DNA of 64,000 nt from Oscillospiraceae bacterium (GCA_015067305.1 SVMT01000006.1:18751-82750); one strand, 5' to 3'; shown: positions 19,691-29,211, numbered from the stretch's first letter. The notes: generated by a model from the letters alone, not told the origin. Translations and numbers: made by a program.

Positions 19691-19871
19691 TAGCCGAATA
19701 CTGCAAAAATTGTGTATATTGTACTAAAGAGAGTGGAATAAAACGAAATATTTTTCTATTTGTTCTTAAAAATAGGCTTGCTTTTTTTGTATGTTTATGT
19801 TATAATATATTTAACGGTAATATTTAGTGTGATTTTCCGTATTTTTATTATTTTTTTGGAGGATAAAACCA

Positions 19872-21293
19872 ATGAAGAAAGTTTTAGCTTTTTTACTTTT
19901 GGCTGTAATGTTAGTTTCAACTTCATGTGCGGCTGAACCTATGACCCTGCTCCCGTTCATTAACGATTCGGATTCAAGCGGAGTGAACTACGGTGGTGTT
20001 GAGATCATCATCAATTCAAGTGATAACGCAATGAATGATGACGAGACATATTGGGCTCAGATTCTCAAATACGATACCAATACAAATTACGGCGACGCTA
20101 TTCTTGCGAGAGTTGCCGATGTTGAGAAAAAACTCGGTGTTAAGATCGGTTATGACACGGAAGCAGACGGAGAGGATATTCTTCCTCTGCAAATCATGGC
20201 AGGTTCTTATGTAGGTGACATCGTTAATTATACAGCTTTCGGTGCTATGGAAAATTTTGCATCTGCAAATCTCCTTTTCCCCATGACCAATTTTGATCAT
20301 ATAGATCTTGCTGAGACATGGAAATACGGTAATGCAAACGTTCTCGAAGGTGCAATGGTCAAATCTGTTCCTTATGCTGTTCAGCCCGTTCAGTGGCCTA
20401 ACTGGGAACCTTCAGGTATTTCTTCCATGATTTACAATATGGATATGATTTCAGAATTATCTCTTACGGATCCCCACGAATTTTGGGAAAATGAGAATTG
20501 GTATTGGGATACATTTGAAGATACATATCTTAATGCTACAACGGGACTTGCTGAAGATGAATGGATGCTTTCCGCTTCCGAATACATTTTCTGGTACGGT
20601 CTTATGTATTCCAATGATGTGCAGTTCGTTTCTGCAAATGCAGATGGTGAATACGTTGTAAATTCCATGCCGCAGTCTATTATAGAAGCTGTTCAGGAAG
20701 GTGTAGACTGGTATCAGAACCATAGAGATATTGTAAACCTTTTCAGTGAGTATTGGAGTCATGAAGACTATGATAACGGTCTTTCCGTATTTACGGTTAC
20801 AGGCGCAACTACAGCAGTATCTGCCAGTATAGATGTGACTTCGGGTCTTATGCCTTTCCCTTGCGGCCCTTCTGCAACATACGGTACATGGCGTCAAGCA
20901 TTTGACAGAATTGAAGGTTTTGGTATTCCCATAACTTCACCTGAACCTGATATTGCTGCCCATGTTATTTCTGAACTTTTTGAACCCCTTGATGAATATC
21001 TCGGTGTATCACTTGAAGAATACTATAAAGAAATGATGTTCAATACAGAACTCGACGCAGAGATCTATATGGAACTTATTAAAGACGTTAGATATGATTA
21101 TACATTCCATGGCGGTTCAGACTTGATGAGAAGTGTAAACAATAATTTCTCAGGGGCTATCAAGTCAGGTAAAGCTGCAAATGAAGCTGCAGAAACATTC
21201 TCAAATCAGATTTCAGTGATTATGACCACATATGCACTTCCCAATTATGAGTATATGTATAAGAACTACTATTCTTTGGAAAACGCAGATTGA
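19872..21293 (+). CDS. Lipoprotein, extracellular solute-binding-protein-like (paralog 2)
   Basis: Lipobox VSTSC. Shares blocks with paralog 1: ETWKYG..NVLEG.MV.SVPY.VQPV.WP.WEP, GLMPFPCGPS, RIEGFGIPI.S.EP..AAHVISELFEP, YDYTF.GGSDLMR.VNNN. Confidence 0.65.
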   Translation: MKKVLAFLLLAVMLVSTSCAAEPMTLLPFINDSDSSGVNYGGVEIIINSSDNAMNDDETYWAQILKYDTNTNYGDAILARVADVEKKLGVKIGYDTEADGEDILPLQIMAGSYVGDIVNYTAFGAMENFASANLLFPMTNFDHIDLAETWKYGNANVLEGAMVKSVPYAVQPVQWPNWEPSGISSMIYNMDMISELSLTDPHEFWENENWYWDTFEDTYLNATTGLAEDEWMLSASEYIFWYGLMYSNDVQFVSANADGEYVVNSMPQSIIEAVQEGVDWYQNHRDIVNLFSEYWSHEDYDNGLSVFTVTGATTAVSASIDVTSGLMPFPCGPSATYGTWRQAFDRIEGFGIPITSPEPDIAAHVISELFEPLDEYLGVSLEEYYKEMMFNTELDAEIYMELIKDVRYDYTFHGGSDLMRSVNNNFSGAIKSGKAANEAAETFSNQISVIMTTYALPNYEYMYKNYYSLENAD

Positions 21294-21308
21294 TAAAATG
21301 AATTTTAG

Positions 21309-21341
21309 CGGTGCGGAACAAAGGTTCTGCACCGTATTTTT
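21309..21341 (+). terminator. Terminator after SBP-like paralog 2
   Basis: CGGTGCGGAAC / GTTCTGCACCG stem, then TATTTTTAT. Confidence 0.7.
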
Positions 21342-21360
21342 ATAAAAAGGAGAAAATATC

Positions 21361-24300
21361 ATGGTATACACCAATTACAATTACAGACTCATTACAAAAA
21401 TGAATGTCGCATTTGAAAAGTATCATGAAAAAAGCTACATTAAACTTTTCGATGTCGCAAACCCGAAAAAACACATAACAAAAGAACATTACCGCACTGT
21501 TCCCACAAAGAACTGGTTCAAGCTTTCCAAGGGTGAAGAGTGGGGCGGACGTTGGATGAACATGTGGGTTCGTTTCAATTTCAAAGTTCCCGCTGAATAT
21601 GCAAATATCCCCCTTTTCATGGGCCCCGATATGACTTACCGCGAAGGTCTTGTTTTCGTTAACGGTAAACCTTCCGGCTTGATCAATAACAACGATCATT
21701 TCTACCACAGAATTACTTGCGGCGCTCCCGAAGGTACAGAATTTGACGTTGCTACCGAATTCTATGCAGGACATCCTTGCGCTGAAGAAACTCCTTTCAG
21801 ATTCTACGGTCTTGACGGTGACCCCGGCGAATACAAACAGATGTATAACGGCATGGCTATTTATACAGTAGACAGAAAGCTTTGGGAACTCAGTGTTAAC
21901 GGTATGTGTCTGTGTCAGTTGGCTCAGTCCCTCGATGATTCAAACAACCTGAAGAAAAAAGCTGTTGATGCTCTTGAAGAACTTTATAAGATCCTTCCCG
22001 TTCAGCCTCATTTTGCATCCGCTGAAGATATTGCAGCGTTCATTGACGATTGCACCGAGATCATCTCTAAATTCAAACTTGAAAACAAACTGACCTCAAC
22101 TGCAAAATCCAGACCCTCCATCGGTATTCTCGGTCATTCTCATATGGATACAGCATGGTTGTGGCCCGTGGATGAAACAATCCGTAAGTGTGCCCGTACA
22201 TATTCCAACGCACTCCACATGATGGAACTCTATCCCGAATATAATTTCATCCAGTCTTCAGCTCTCCACAGTGAGTGGATGAAAGATTACTACCCCACAA
22301 TTTTTGAAGATATGAAAAAACGTGTTGCAGAAGGCAGATATGAACCCAATGGTGCTGTTTATGTTGAATGTGACTGTAACATCACCTCCGGCGAATCCAT
22401 GATCCGTCAGTTCCTCAAAGGTCAGATGTTCACACGTGAAAACTTCGGATACACTTCCGATTCTTTCTGGCTCCCCGATACTTTCGGTTACAGTGCCGCA
22501 ATTCCTCAGATCATGAAGGGCTGCAGCGTTAAATATTTCAACACCACAAAGATCGGCTGGAATGACCTGAACATATTCCCCATTGATACTTTCAAGTGGA
22601 AAGGTATTGACGGCAGCGAAGTCCTCACACACTTCAATGTTACTCACAAACATCCCTCTCCGAAAGATGTAATAGACACATGTAATGTCGAACTTAAAAA
22701 TACTCGGGTAAACAATAAGAAACTTTATACATACGGTTACGGTGACGGTGGCGGCGGCCCCTTCGAAGAAATGATCTTTGAAGGCAGATTCACCTCCGAT
22801 CTTGACGGTATGCCCAATATCTACCCCACAACAGTAAGCGAATTCATGCAGGATCTTGAAAAGGATATTGATAAATACCCCACATATTCCGGTGAACTTT
22901 ACCTCGAACTTCACAGAGGTACTCTTACTCAGATGCACGATATCAAGCGCGGCAACCGTAAGACTGAATTTGCAATGCGTGATACAGAATATTTCAACGT
23001 TGTTTCCGGCGCAAAGAAAGACCCCGAAGCTGACAAGAAACTTAAAATGCTTCTTAAAAATCAGTTCCACGATATTCTTCCCGGCTCAAGTATCAACGAA
23101 GTAAATACTCTTGCAATTTCCGAATTCAATGATCTTATCGCAAAATATAAGGATCTGACATCCAAGTACTCCAAGAAACTTGTCAACAATGCGGAAAAAG
23201 AAATCACAGTATTCAATACTCTTTCCTTTGAAAGAAACGATGATATCTGCTTTGAAAATCTCCGCGGCGGTGTTAAGGGTGCAAAAAATCAGAAATACAC
23301 AGACCTTAACGGTAAAAAGGTTACTGTTGTCGGCGGCGTAAAAGTTCCTGCTTTTGCAGCTAAGACTCTTGAACTCTCCGACGGTTACAGCAAGGGCAAA
23401 TCCGCATTCGTTTACGACGGAACAAATCTCGAAACACCTTTTGCAAAGATCGTATTTGCTGAAAACGGCGGTATTGCTTCCTACATCAACAAGAAAACAG
23501 GCAGACAGCTGAAAAAAGAAAACGGCGAACCCCTCAATACTTTCTGGCTTGCAGAAGACGTTCCCCATTACTGGGATAACTGGGATATCGACTGCGATAC
23601 ATTCATGAAGTTCAAGCCCGACATGAGACTTGTTTCCCGTGAACTTGTTTCTGAAGGTCCTGTTCAGCTCGTTATCCGTTCCGAATATAAGATCGGCAAA
23701 AAATCCTCCATCAAACAGGATATGATCTTCCATGCAAATTCCGAACAGATCGACTTCCATACAATAATCACATGGGATGAACCCCATACACTTCTTAAAG
23801 CAGGCTTTGATGTTGATATCCTCTCAAATACTGTTAAAAATGAAGTTCAGTACGGTCACGTTGAAAGACCCACAACTCAGAATAACAGTATTGAAGCTGC
23901 TAAATTTGAAATTTGCAACCATAAATGGACAGATATTTCCGAATCCCGTTACGGAGTGGCTATCCTCAATGACTGTAAATACGGTATTTCCGTTGAAGAC
24001 GGTAATCTGAGACTTTCTCTCCACAGAGGCGGCAGACATCCCGACACAACAAATGACCGTGGTATTCACGAAGTTACATATTCTTTCCTGCCTCACGAGG
24101 GCGCTCTTGCAACAGAAAACGTAATTCAGCCTTCTTACATGCTCAATGTTCCCGTTGTTGTTGCTGAAGGTTCTGCAAAGAATGAAAAGAGCTTTATTGA
24201 AATCTCTGCTCCCAACGTAATTTGTGAAGCTGTAAAATATGCTGAATACGCTGAAAAGTCCTTCGTTGTTCGTCTCTATGAATGTGAACGCAACAGAACT

Positions 24301-24450
24301 TCTTCCACAGTTAAATTCGGTAAGAAGGTAAAGAAGGTTTATGCGACAAATATGCTTGAAGATATTATCGAAGAGCTTCCTGTTGTGAATAACTCCGTGG
24401 ATCTTACATTCAGACCCTTTGAAATCAAAACACTTATGGTTGAATATTGA
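21361..24450 (+). CDS. GH38 alpha-mannosidase (cytoplasmic)
   Basis: GHSHMDTAWLWPVDETIRK motif and 1029 aa of typical bacterial GH38 length. No signal peptide. AGGAGA as SD. Confidence 0.9.
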   Translation: MVYTNYNYRLITKMNVAFEKYHEKSYIKLFDVANPKKHITKEHYRTVPTKNWFKLSKGEEWGGRWMNMWVRFNFKVPAEYANIPLFMGPDMTYREGLVFVNGKPSGLINNNDHFYHRITCGAPEGTEFDVATEFYAGHPCAEETPFRFYGLDGDPGEYKQMYNGMAIYTVDRKLWELSVNGMCLCQLAQSLDDSNNLKKKAVDALEELYKILPVQPHFASAEDIAAFIDDCTEIISKFKLENKLTSTAKSRPSIGILGHSHMDTAWLWPVDETIRKCARTYSNALHMMELYPEYNFIQSSALHSEWMKDYYPTIFEDMKKRVAEGRYEPNGAVYVECDCNITSGESMIRQFLKGQMFTRENFGYTSDSFWLPDTFGYSAAIPQIMKGCSVKYFNTTKIGWNDLNIFPIDTFKWKGIDGSEVLTHFNVTHKHPSPKDVIDTCNVELKNTRVNNKKLYTYGYGDGGGGPFEEMIFEGRFTSDLDGMPNIYPTTVSEFMQDLEKDIDKYPTYSGELYLELHRGTLTQMHDIKRGNRKTEFAMRDTEYFNVVSGAKKDPEADKKLKMLLKNQFHDILPGSSINEVNTLAISEFNDLIAKYKDLTSKYSKKLVNNAEKEITVFNTLSFERNDDICFENLRGGVKGAKNQKYTDLNGKKVTVVGGVKVPAFAAKTLELSDGYSKGKSAFVYDGTNLETPFAKIVFAENGGIASYINKKTGRQLKKENGEPLNTFWLAEDVPHYWDNWDIDCDTFMKFKPDMRLVSRELVSEGPVQLVIRSEYKIGKKSSIKQDMIFHANSEQIDFHTIITWDEPHTLLKAGFDVDILSNTVKNEVQYGHVERPTTQNNSIEAAKFEICNHKWTDISESRYGVAILNDCKYGISVEDGNLRLSLHRGGRHPDTTNDRGIHEVTYSFLPHEGALATENVIQPSYMLNVPVVVAEGSAKNEKSFIEISAPNVICEAVKYAEYAEKSFVVRLYECERNRTSSTVKFGKKVKKVYATNMLEDIIEELPVVNNSVDLTFRPFEIKTLMVEY

Positions 24451-24460
24451 TCATAATTGC

Positions 24461-24490
24461 AAAAGCCCCGAGATTTATTTCGGGGCTTTT
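24461..24490 (+). terminator. Terminator after GH38
   Basis: Perfect 10-bp stem AAAAGCCCCG / CGGGGCTTTT. Confidence 0.65.
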
Positions 24491-24509
24491 ATGAAAGTGA
24501 GGAAAAAAT

Positions 24510-26462
24510 ATGCGAAAAAGAAAAGATTCGTTTTTCGGTTTACATTTTGATTTCCATGCAGATAATGACACCCGTGGCTTGGGCTTTTGCAATGTGGATG
24601 TCATTGACAGAATGCTTTCCGAGGTCAAACCCGATTTCGTTCAGTGCGATACGAAAGGCCATGCGGGTTTTTCGAGCTACCCCACAAAAGTGGGTAATCC
24701 CGCACCTGAAATGAAAGGTGATTTGCTGAAAACATGGCGTGAACTGACTAAAAAACACGATGTTGCCCTTTATGCACATCATTCAGGTGTGTGGGATTCT
24801 GAAGCCGTTGCGAAAGATCCCGATTGGGCTGTTGTTAAAGAAAATGGCGAACAAAGTGAAAATATTACTTCTGTTTTCGGTCCATATGCTGATGAACTTC
24901 TGATTCCTCAGCTTATTGAAATGGCGAAAGACTACGGTCTCGACGGCGCTTGGGTAGACGGCGAATGTTGGGCTACGGAAGAGGATCACAGCTATTACGC
25001 GGTTGAAAAATATAAAGAACTTTACGGTAAGGAACCTCCTTGTAAGGGTGACTCAAACTACTCTGAATATCTTGAGTTCTGCCGTAACGGGTTCCTTGAA
25101 TATGTGGATCACTACATGAAAGAAGTCCACAAGGTAGCTCCCGATTTTCAGCTTATTTCCAACTGGCTTTATACCATGTATGTAGTGAAACGTCCTGAGA
25201 TCGACATGGATTCCATTTCGGGGGACTATGATGCCAACGATAGCGTTAATACTGCTCGTGTTGACGGAAGGGCGATCATGAGCCAGCAGAAACCTTGGGA
25301 TCTTATGGCTTGGGGCTTTGGAAGACACGGAGATTCATTCTTCAATAAAACATGGAAGCAACTTTGTCAGGAAGCAGCAGCTGTTATTATGCTTGGCGGC
25401 GGTTTCCAGGTATATAACCGACAGGTAGCCGATACGACTCAGGAGGGGGACTTCAATATTGCAGGTTCTATTCAGGAATTTATTGTTCCGGGACTCATTG
25501 AACTTGCAAAATTCTGCCGTGCCCGTGAAGATATCTGCTTCAAGGCTGAACCTGTTCATCAGATCGGTATTGTTTATTCCGAAAAAGGGCATAATTCCGG
25601 TATTGACGAACTGTTCTCCCTCGGCGGAAAACATCATGGCGGTGTCAGAGGTACTACTTTGGCAATGGGGGATTGCGGTTTCTCTTCGGAAATTTTGATG
25701 ACTCATCATGTTCTTGACCGTGATATTTCAGAGTTCGGACTTATAATAGTTCCGGAACTTTCTGATATTGAACCTGAACTGAAAGAAAAATTGCTCGATT
25801 ATGCGAAAAATGGCGGAAAACTTGCTGTTATGGGTGCAAATTCCGCAAAGATATTCGAAACTGAACTTGGTGTGAAGATCACGAAGACGGTTGAAGATAC
25901 CATGATAGATATCAATTACGACGGTTTCAGAACTTCTGTTAAAACAGCTTTCGCTTGTGTTGAGCCGAATGTCGGAACAGAAGTTATCGGTGAAGTCTTT
26001 AAAACTGCTCATCATGAAAGCAAAAACGGGACTGCTCCCATTGCTACCGTTTGTAATTACGGAGACGGTCTTATCTGCGGCGTTTATTTGAATGTCGGAA
26101 GCTACCGTGAGTGGAGATCTTCCTCATTCAGAGGCTTCCTGAAAAATGTTGTCCGTAAGATATACACACCGTCAGTTCGCATTGTATCCAATTCCAATGT
26201 TGATGTCGCATTGATGAAAAAGAACGGTGCGCTTTGCGTAAACCTGATGAATCTCAACGGAGAACATGCTGACAGAAATGTTTGCGGTTTTGATGATATC
26301 CCTGCTCTGTACGATATTGAGATCGAGCTTGATGTTGCTGAAAAGCCTACGGAAGTCAAGCTTGAACCCGAAGGAAAGAGCCTACCATTTACATGGGAGG
26401 ACGGCGTTCTGAAGACTTGCGTCGATAAGATCGAAATTCATTCAGTTGTGGTAATTAAATAG
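24510..26462 (+). CDS. Putative glycoside hydrolase, GHL6-like TIM barrel with a beta-galactosidase-trimerisation-like domain
   Basis: The N-terminus FGLHFDFHA...CDTKGHAGFSSYPTKVG resembles the hypothetical GH-like family 6. The mid region LIIVPELSDIEPELKEKLLDYAKNGGKLAVMG resembles a GATase1-like trimerisation domain. No signal peptide. Confidence 0.5.
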   Translation: MRKRKDSFFGLHFDFHADNDTRGLGFCNVDVIDRMLSEVKPDFVQCDTKGHAGFSSYPTKVGNPAPEMKGDLLKTWRELTKKHDVALYAHHSGVWDSEAVAKDPDWAVVKENGEQSENITSVFGPYADELLIPQLIEMAKDYGLDGAWVDGECWATEEDHSYYAVEKYKELYGKEPPCKGDSNYSEYLEFCRNGFLEYVDHYMKEVHKVAPDFQLISNWLYTMYVVKRPEIDMDSISGDYDANDSVNTARVDGRAIMSQQKPWDLMAWGFGRHGDSFFNKTWKQLCQEAAAVIMLGGGFQVYNRQVADTTQEGDFNIAGSIQEFIVPGLIELAKFCRAREDICFKAEPVHQIGIVYSEKGHNSGIDELFSLGGKHHGGVRGTTLAMGDCGFSSEILMTHHVLDRDISEFGLIIVPELSDIEPELKEKLLDYAKNGGKLAVMGANSAKIFETELGVKITKTVEDTMIDINYDGFRTSVKTAFACVEPNVGTEVIGEVFKTAHHESKNGTAPIATVCNYGDGLICGVYLNVGSYREWRSSSFRGFLKNVVRKIYTPSVRIVSNSNVDVALMKKNGALCVNLMNLNGEHADRNVCGFDDIPALYDIEIELDVAEKPTEVKLEPEGKSLPFTWEDGVLKTCVDKIEIHSVVVIK

Positions 26463-26477
26463 TTTAGTGTTTGTTAT

Positions 26478-26619
26478 CCTCCAACAAAACCGATGTATGG
26501 ATATTCTTTGAAGCAGACTGAAAAAGATACGGATTTATTTGCGTAAGCTTTTTATGTTTTGTTTTTTGAGTATTCCGTTATGAAGCATAGAATGCTTCAT
26601 CCAAAAGTTTTTTTGGAGG
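26478..26619 (+). repeat. Structured intergenic module, copy D (core only)
   Basis: 5' arm CCTCCAACAAAAC at 26478-26490. GCGTAAGCT at 26541-26549. Hairpin GAAGCAtagaaTGCTTC at 26582-26598. 3' arm AAAAGTTTTTTTGGAGG at 26603-26619. Confidence 0.6.
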
Positions 26620-26689
26620 GCGCAATAACCTCTTTATATATTCCTGCATATTATGTATTGTTGAAATTTTATATGTAAGGATTGATTTT

Positions 26690-27736
26690 ATGAACGGACT
26701 GACAGTAAGGACATTTCTCAGCGCAAATTCCGCTGAGGGATTTTTTTCGTTTTTTGATGAATTTTTGAAAGGGAAGAATACCTATATCATCAAAGGTGGT
26801 CCCGGTACGGGGAAGAGTACTTTTATGAAAAAAGTCGCATCTTCGGCGGTTTCAAAGGGAGACGTCACTGAATATGTTTACTGTTCTTCCGACCCGGGCT
26901 CTCTTGATGGGGTTTATATACACGGGTCTGAGACTGTTTTTACCGATGGTACTTCACCTCATGTTATGGAGCCGAAATATCCCGGTGCAATGGGCGGTAT
27001 AATCAACGTGGGACAATTTTTGAACAGCGAAAAACTGTCGTTGTCTAAATCCGACATAATCTCTCTTAGCAGGAAGATATCAGACAGTTATTCCCGTGCG
27101 TACAGATACTTGAAAGCGGCTCAATGTGCGGTATCAGATTTGCGTGAAACTGCGCTCAGATACCTTGATAAAGATGAGATGATGCAGTATTTCAAGACTG
27201 TTTCTGAAAAAAGATTTGCCTATAAAAAGGGTGAAAAAGGGAAGATTTTCCCTCGTTTTCTTTCGGGTATAACTCCAAAGGGCTTTATGACTTTTAAAGA
27301 TACCGTTTATACTCTTTGTTCCGAGGTCTTTGTTGTCCGTGATAAATACGGTATCGGTGGCAAAGCATTTGAATTTCTTAAAAATGCGGCAATATCTCAC
27401 GGTTTTGATGTCTATGAATTTCGCTCTCCTCTTGAACCGTGTCGCATAGTTCATATAGCGATCCCCGAATTGGATATTGCGTTTGTTACTTCTGATAAAT
27501 TCACTCAGTTTGAACCCCAGAACGCAAAAACGGTAAATCTTATGAGGTTTGTTTCCGACGACATTGATCTTGAGGGGAAAACATGCGTTTCCGCTTCAAA
27601 AATCATGAAGATCTGTATGAATGAGACATTTGAGTCTTTGCGTTCCGCAAAAGCTCTCCATGACGACCTTGAAGATATTTACATTGCTGCAATGGACTTT
27701 GCTGGTCTTGATAAGCTGATCGAAAAGTATATTTAG
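26690..27736 (+). CDS. P-loop NTPase of unknown function
   Basis: GGPGTGKST Walker A, 348 aa, no other recognised domain. It resembles conserved Firmicute hypothetical ATPases. Confidence 0.55.
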   Translation: MNGLTVRTFLSANSAEGFFSFFDEFLKGKNTYIIKGGPGTGKSTFMKKVASSAVSKGDVTEYVYCSSDPGSLDGVYIHGSETVFTDGTSPHVMEPKYPGAMGGIINVGQFLNSEKLSLSKSDIISLSRKISDSYSRAYRYLKAAQCAVSDLRETALRYLDKDEMMQYFKTVSEKRFAYKKGEKGKIFPRFLSGITPKGFMTFKDTVYTLCSEVFVVRDKYGIGGKAFEFLKNAAISHGFDVYEFRSPLEPCRIVHIAIPELDIAFVTSDKFTQFEPQNAKTVNLMRFVSDDIDLEGKTCVSASKIMKICMNETFESLRSAKALHDDLEDIYIAAMDFAGLDKLIEKYI

Positions 27737-27791
27737 TTTTTATGAAAATAGTAGTATATTAAGATATCGGTTTCTTTTTTTGATGAGGAAA

Positions 27792-27829
27792 GGGGAAACC
27801 TTTTTCTGCGAAAAGAAAAAGGTTTCCCC
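27792..27829. repeat. Solo hairpin of the GGGGAAACC/GGTTTCCCC type
   Basis: GGGGAAACCTTTTTCT-gcgaaa-AGAAAAAGGTTTCCCC between convergent genes. It is preceded by TTTTTTTGatGAGGAAAG, which resembles the module's 3' arm. Confidence 0.6.
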
Positions 27830-27850
27830 ATAAAATAATATTCATGATAT

Positions 27851-28216
27851 TTAATTCATATTGGCGTGTTTTTTTATTGCTTCAAAAGTCTCGTCACTTA
27901 TTACGTGTTCGATCTTGCAGGCATCGGCTGAGGCGATTTCTTCTGGTACACCAATGCGAGTGAAAAATTCTGTGAGCAGTTCATGTCTTTCATATATCTT
28001 AATTGCTCTTGCTTCACCCTGTTCCGTCAGCGTTATGTATCCTTTTTGGTCAACAAGAATTAGCCCCTCATCTTTCAGCAACCCGATGGCGCGGCTGATG
28101 CTGGGTTTTGAATATCCCGTATGGTTTACGATGTCGATCGAGCGAACTCCCGACATCTGTTGACTTAGCACGTAAATGTTTTCAAGATACATTTCGCCTG
28201 ATTCGTGTATGTTCAT
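27851..28216 (-). CDS. DtxR/MntR-family metal-dependent transcriptional regulator
   Basis: HESGEMYLENIY...SIDIVNHTGYSKPSISRAIGLLKDEGLI winged HTH plus a metal-binding helix region. The ATG at 28216 gives the canonical N-terminus. Confidence 0.85.
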   Translation of the reverse strand: MNIHESGEMYLENIYVLSQQMSGVRSIDIVNHTGYSKPSISRAIGLLKDEGLILVDQKGYITLTEQGEARAIKIYERHELLTEFFTRIGVPEEIASADACKIEHVISDETFEAIKKHANMN

Positions 28217-28490
28217 GGTCATCTCCAAGATCAAATTTGTTATCCTCATAATGATACCATAAAATCGTGGGAAAATCAAGGGCTTTTTTGTGTTATTTGC
28301 TGATTTTTCAAATATTATGCGGTTTGTATTTTATTGCAATTATTTGTGAATCCTGTTGACTGTTAATCTTGAATATGTTATAATATAAGCGTAATTAAAT
28401 CTGTTTAAGAGGTGTAAAATTAGCCGTTATTCTCGGAATTATGGCTGTATATGGGTTATTATCTAAATATTTGAAAAAGGAGAGATCTGT

Positions 28491-29084
28491 ATGAAGAAAT
28501 GCTTGTTTTTTGTAATTTTTTGTGTTGCTATGTTTGCAGTTGGTTGTTCTGACCCTCATAAGAACCTTGAAGATTTTCCTGAAATTATTTCCGACGAACC
28601 TGAGATCGTAATGCCTGAAGATCCCATACAAGATGCTTCGTCGAATTCTGACGAGCCTTCTGTAGAGCCGGAGGTTGAAGAATTTGAGTTTGATGTTTCA
28701 ATGCTGACTATCACAAAATATCCCGATGCGGTGAAAGATTCTTCTTATCTTTCGCTCAATCCGACTGTTGTAAGGAAAGGCAACCTTATAGATGTCGAAA
28801 TTTCTTACGGCAATGAAAACGCAAATGGTTATTGCGGTAGGGCTTATATCATCGAAGTTTTCATAGACGGAAATTGGTATGATATTATTGGTGATTATAA
28901 AAGTTTTGTTCCAAAACAATACTGGGATTTGGTTTATACTTTTACCGAAGATCCTGTTCCGTTGTGGCTGATAAATAAACAAACGATTCCGGTTACAACC
29001 TCTTTTCAGAATTTACCGATTGGTCGATATCGGGTCGTGAAAGAGTTGAATGGTTGGAAGTATGCTGAATTTGTAATTGAATAA
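28491..29084 (+). CDS. Hypothetical lipoprotein
   Basis: Signal peptide with lipobox AVGC, an acidic linker, then a beta-rich domain of about 120 aa. AAGGAGAG as SD, and a terminator follows. Confidence 0.6.
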   Translation: MKKCLFFVIFCVAMFAVGCSDPHKNLEDFPEIISDEPEIVMPEDPIQDASSNSDEPSVEPEVEEFEFDVSMLTITKYPDAVKDSSYLSLNPTVVRKGNLIDVEISYGNENANGYCGRAYIIEVFIDGNWYDIIGDYKSFVPKQYWDLVYTFTEDPVPLWLINKQTIPVTTSFQNLPIGRYRVVKELNGWKYAEFVIE

Positions 29085-29090
29085 AACATA

Positions 29091-29112
29091 TCGGGCAGTT
29101 TCGGCTGCCCGA
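29091..29112 (+). terminator. Intrinsic terminator after the lipoprotein gene
   Basis: TCGGGCAG-tttcgg-CTGCCCGA hairpin followed by a T-rich tail. Confidence 0.6.
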
Positions 29113-29137
29113 CATTTGTTTAAATATACAAATAGAG

Positions 29138-29156
29138 TTAGGGTGGGCTAACTTAT
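29138..29156. promoter_or_regulatory. DtxR/IdeR-type box 1 (upstream auxiliary site)
   Basis: TTAGGGTGGGCTAACTTAT matches the 19-bp consensus TTAGGTTAGSCTAACCTAA at 15/19 positions by hand count. Confidence 0.6.
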
Positions 29157-29211
29157 TTTTTGTGACTTTCGCCGAAATTGGAAAAAATATGAGAAATGTC
29201 GAATAAACCAC

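Noticed and set aside
22258-23787. Two long ORFs (270 and 233 aa) antisense to the GH38 gene
   Set aside because: Both are antisense shadows within a well-supported 1029-aa gene, with no start context or motifs.
28280-28490. DtxR-type box in the regulator's own promoter region (AAATTAGCCGTTAT around 28420)
   Set aside because: Only one half-site (TTAGCC) matches, and the second half is not complementary. The match is too weak to call.
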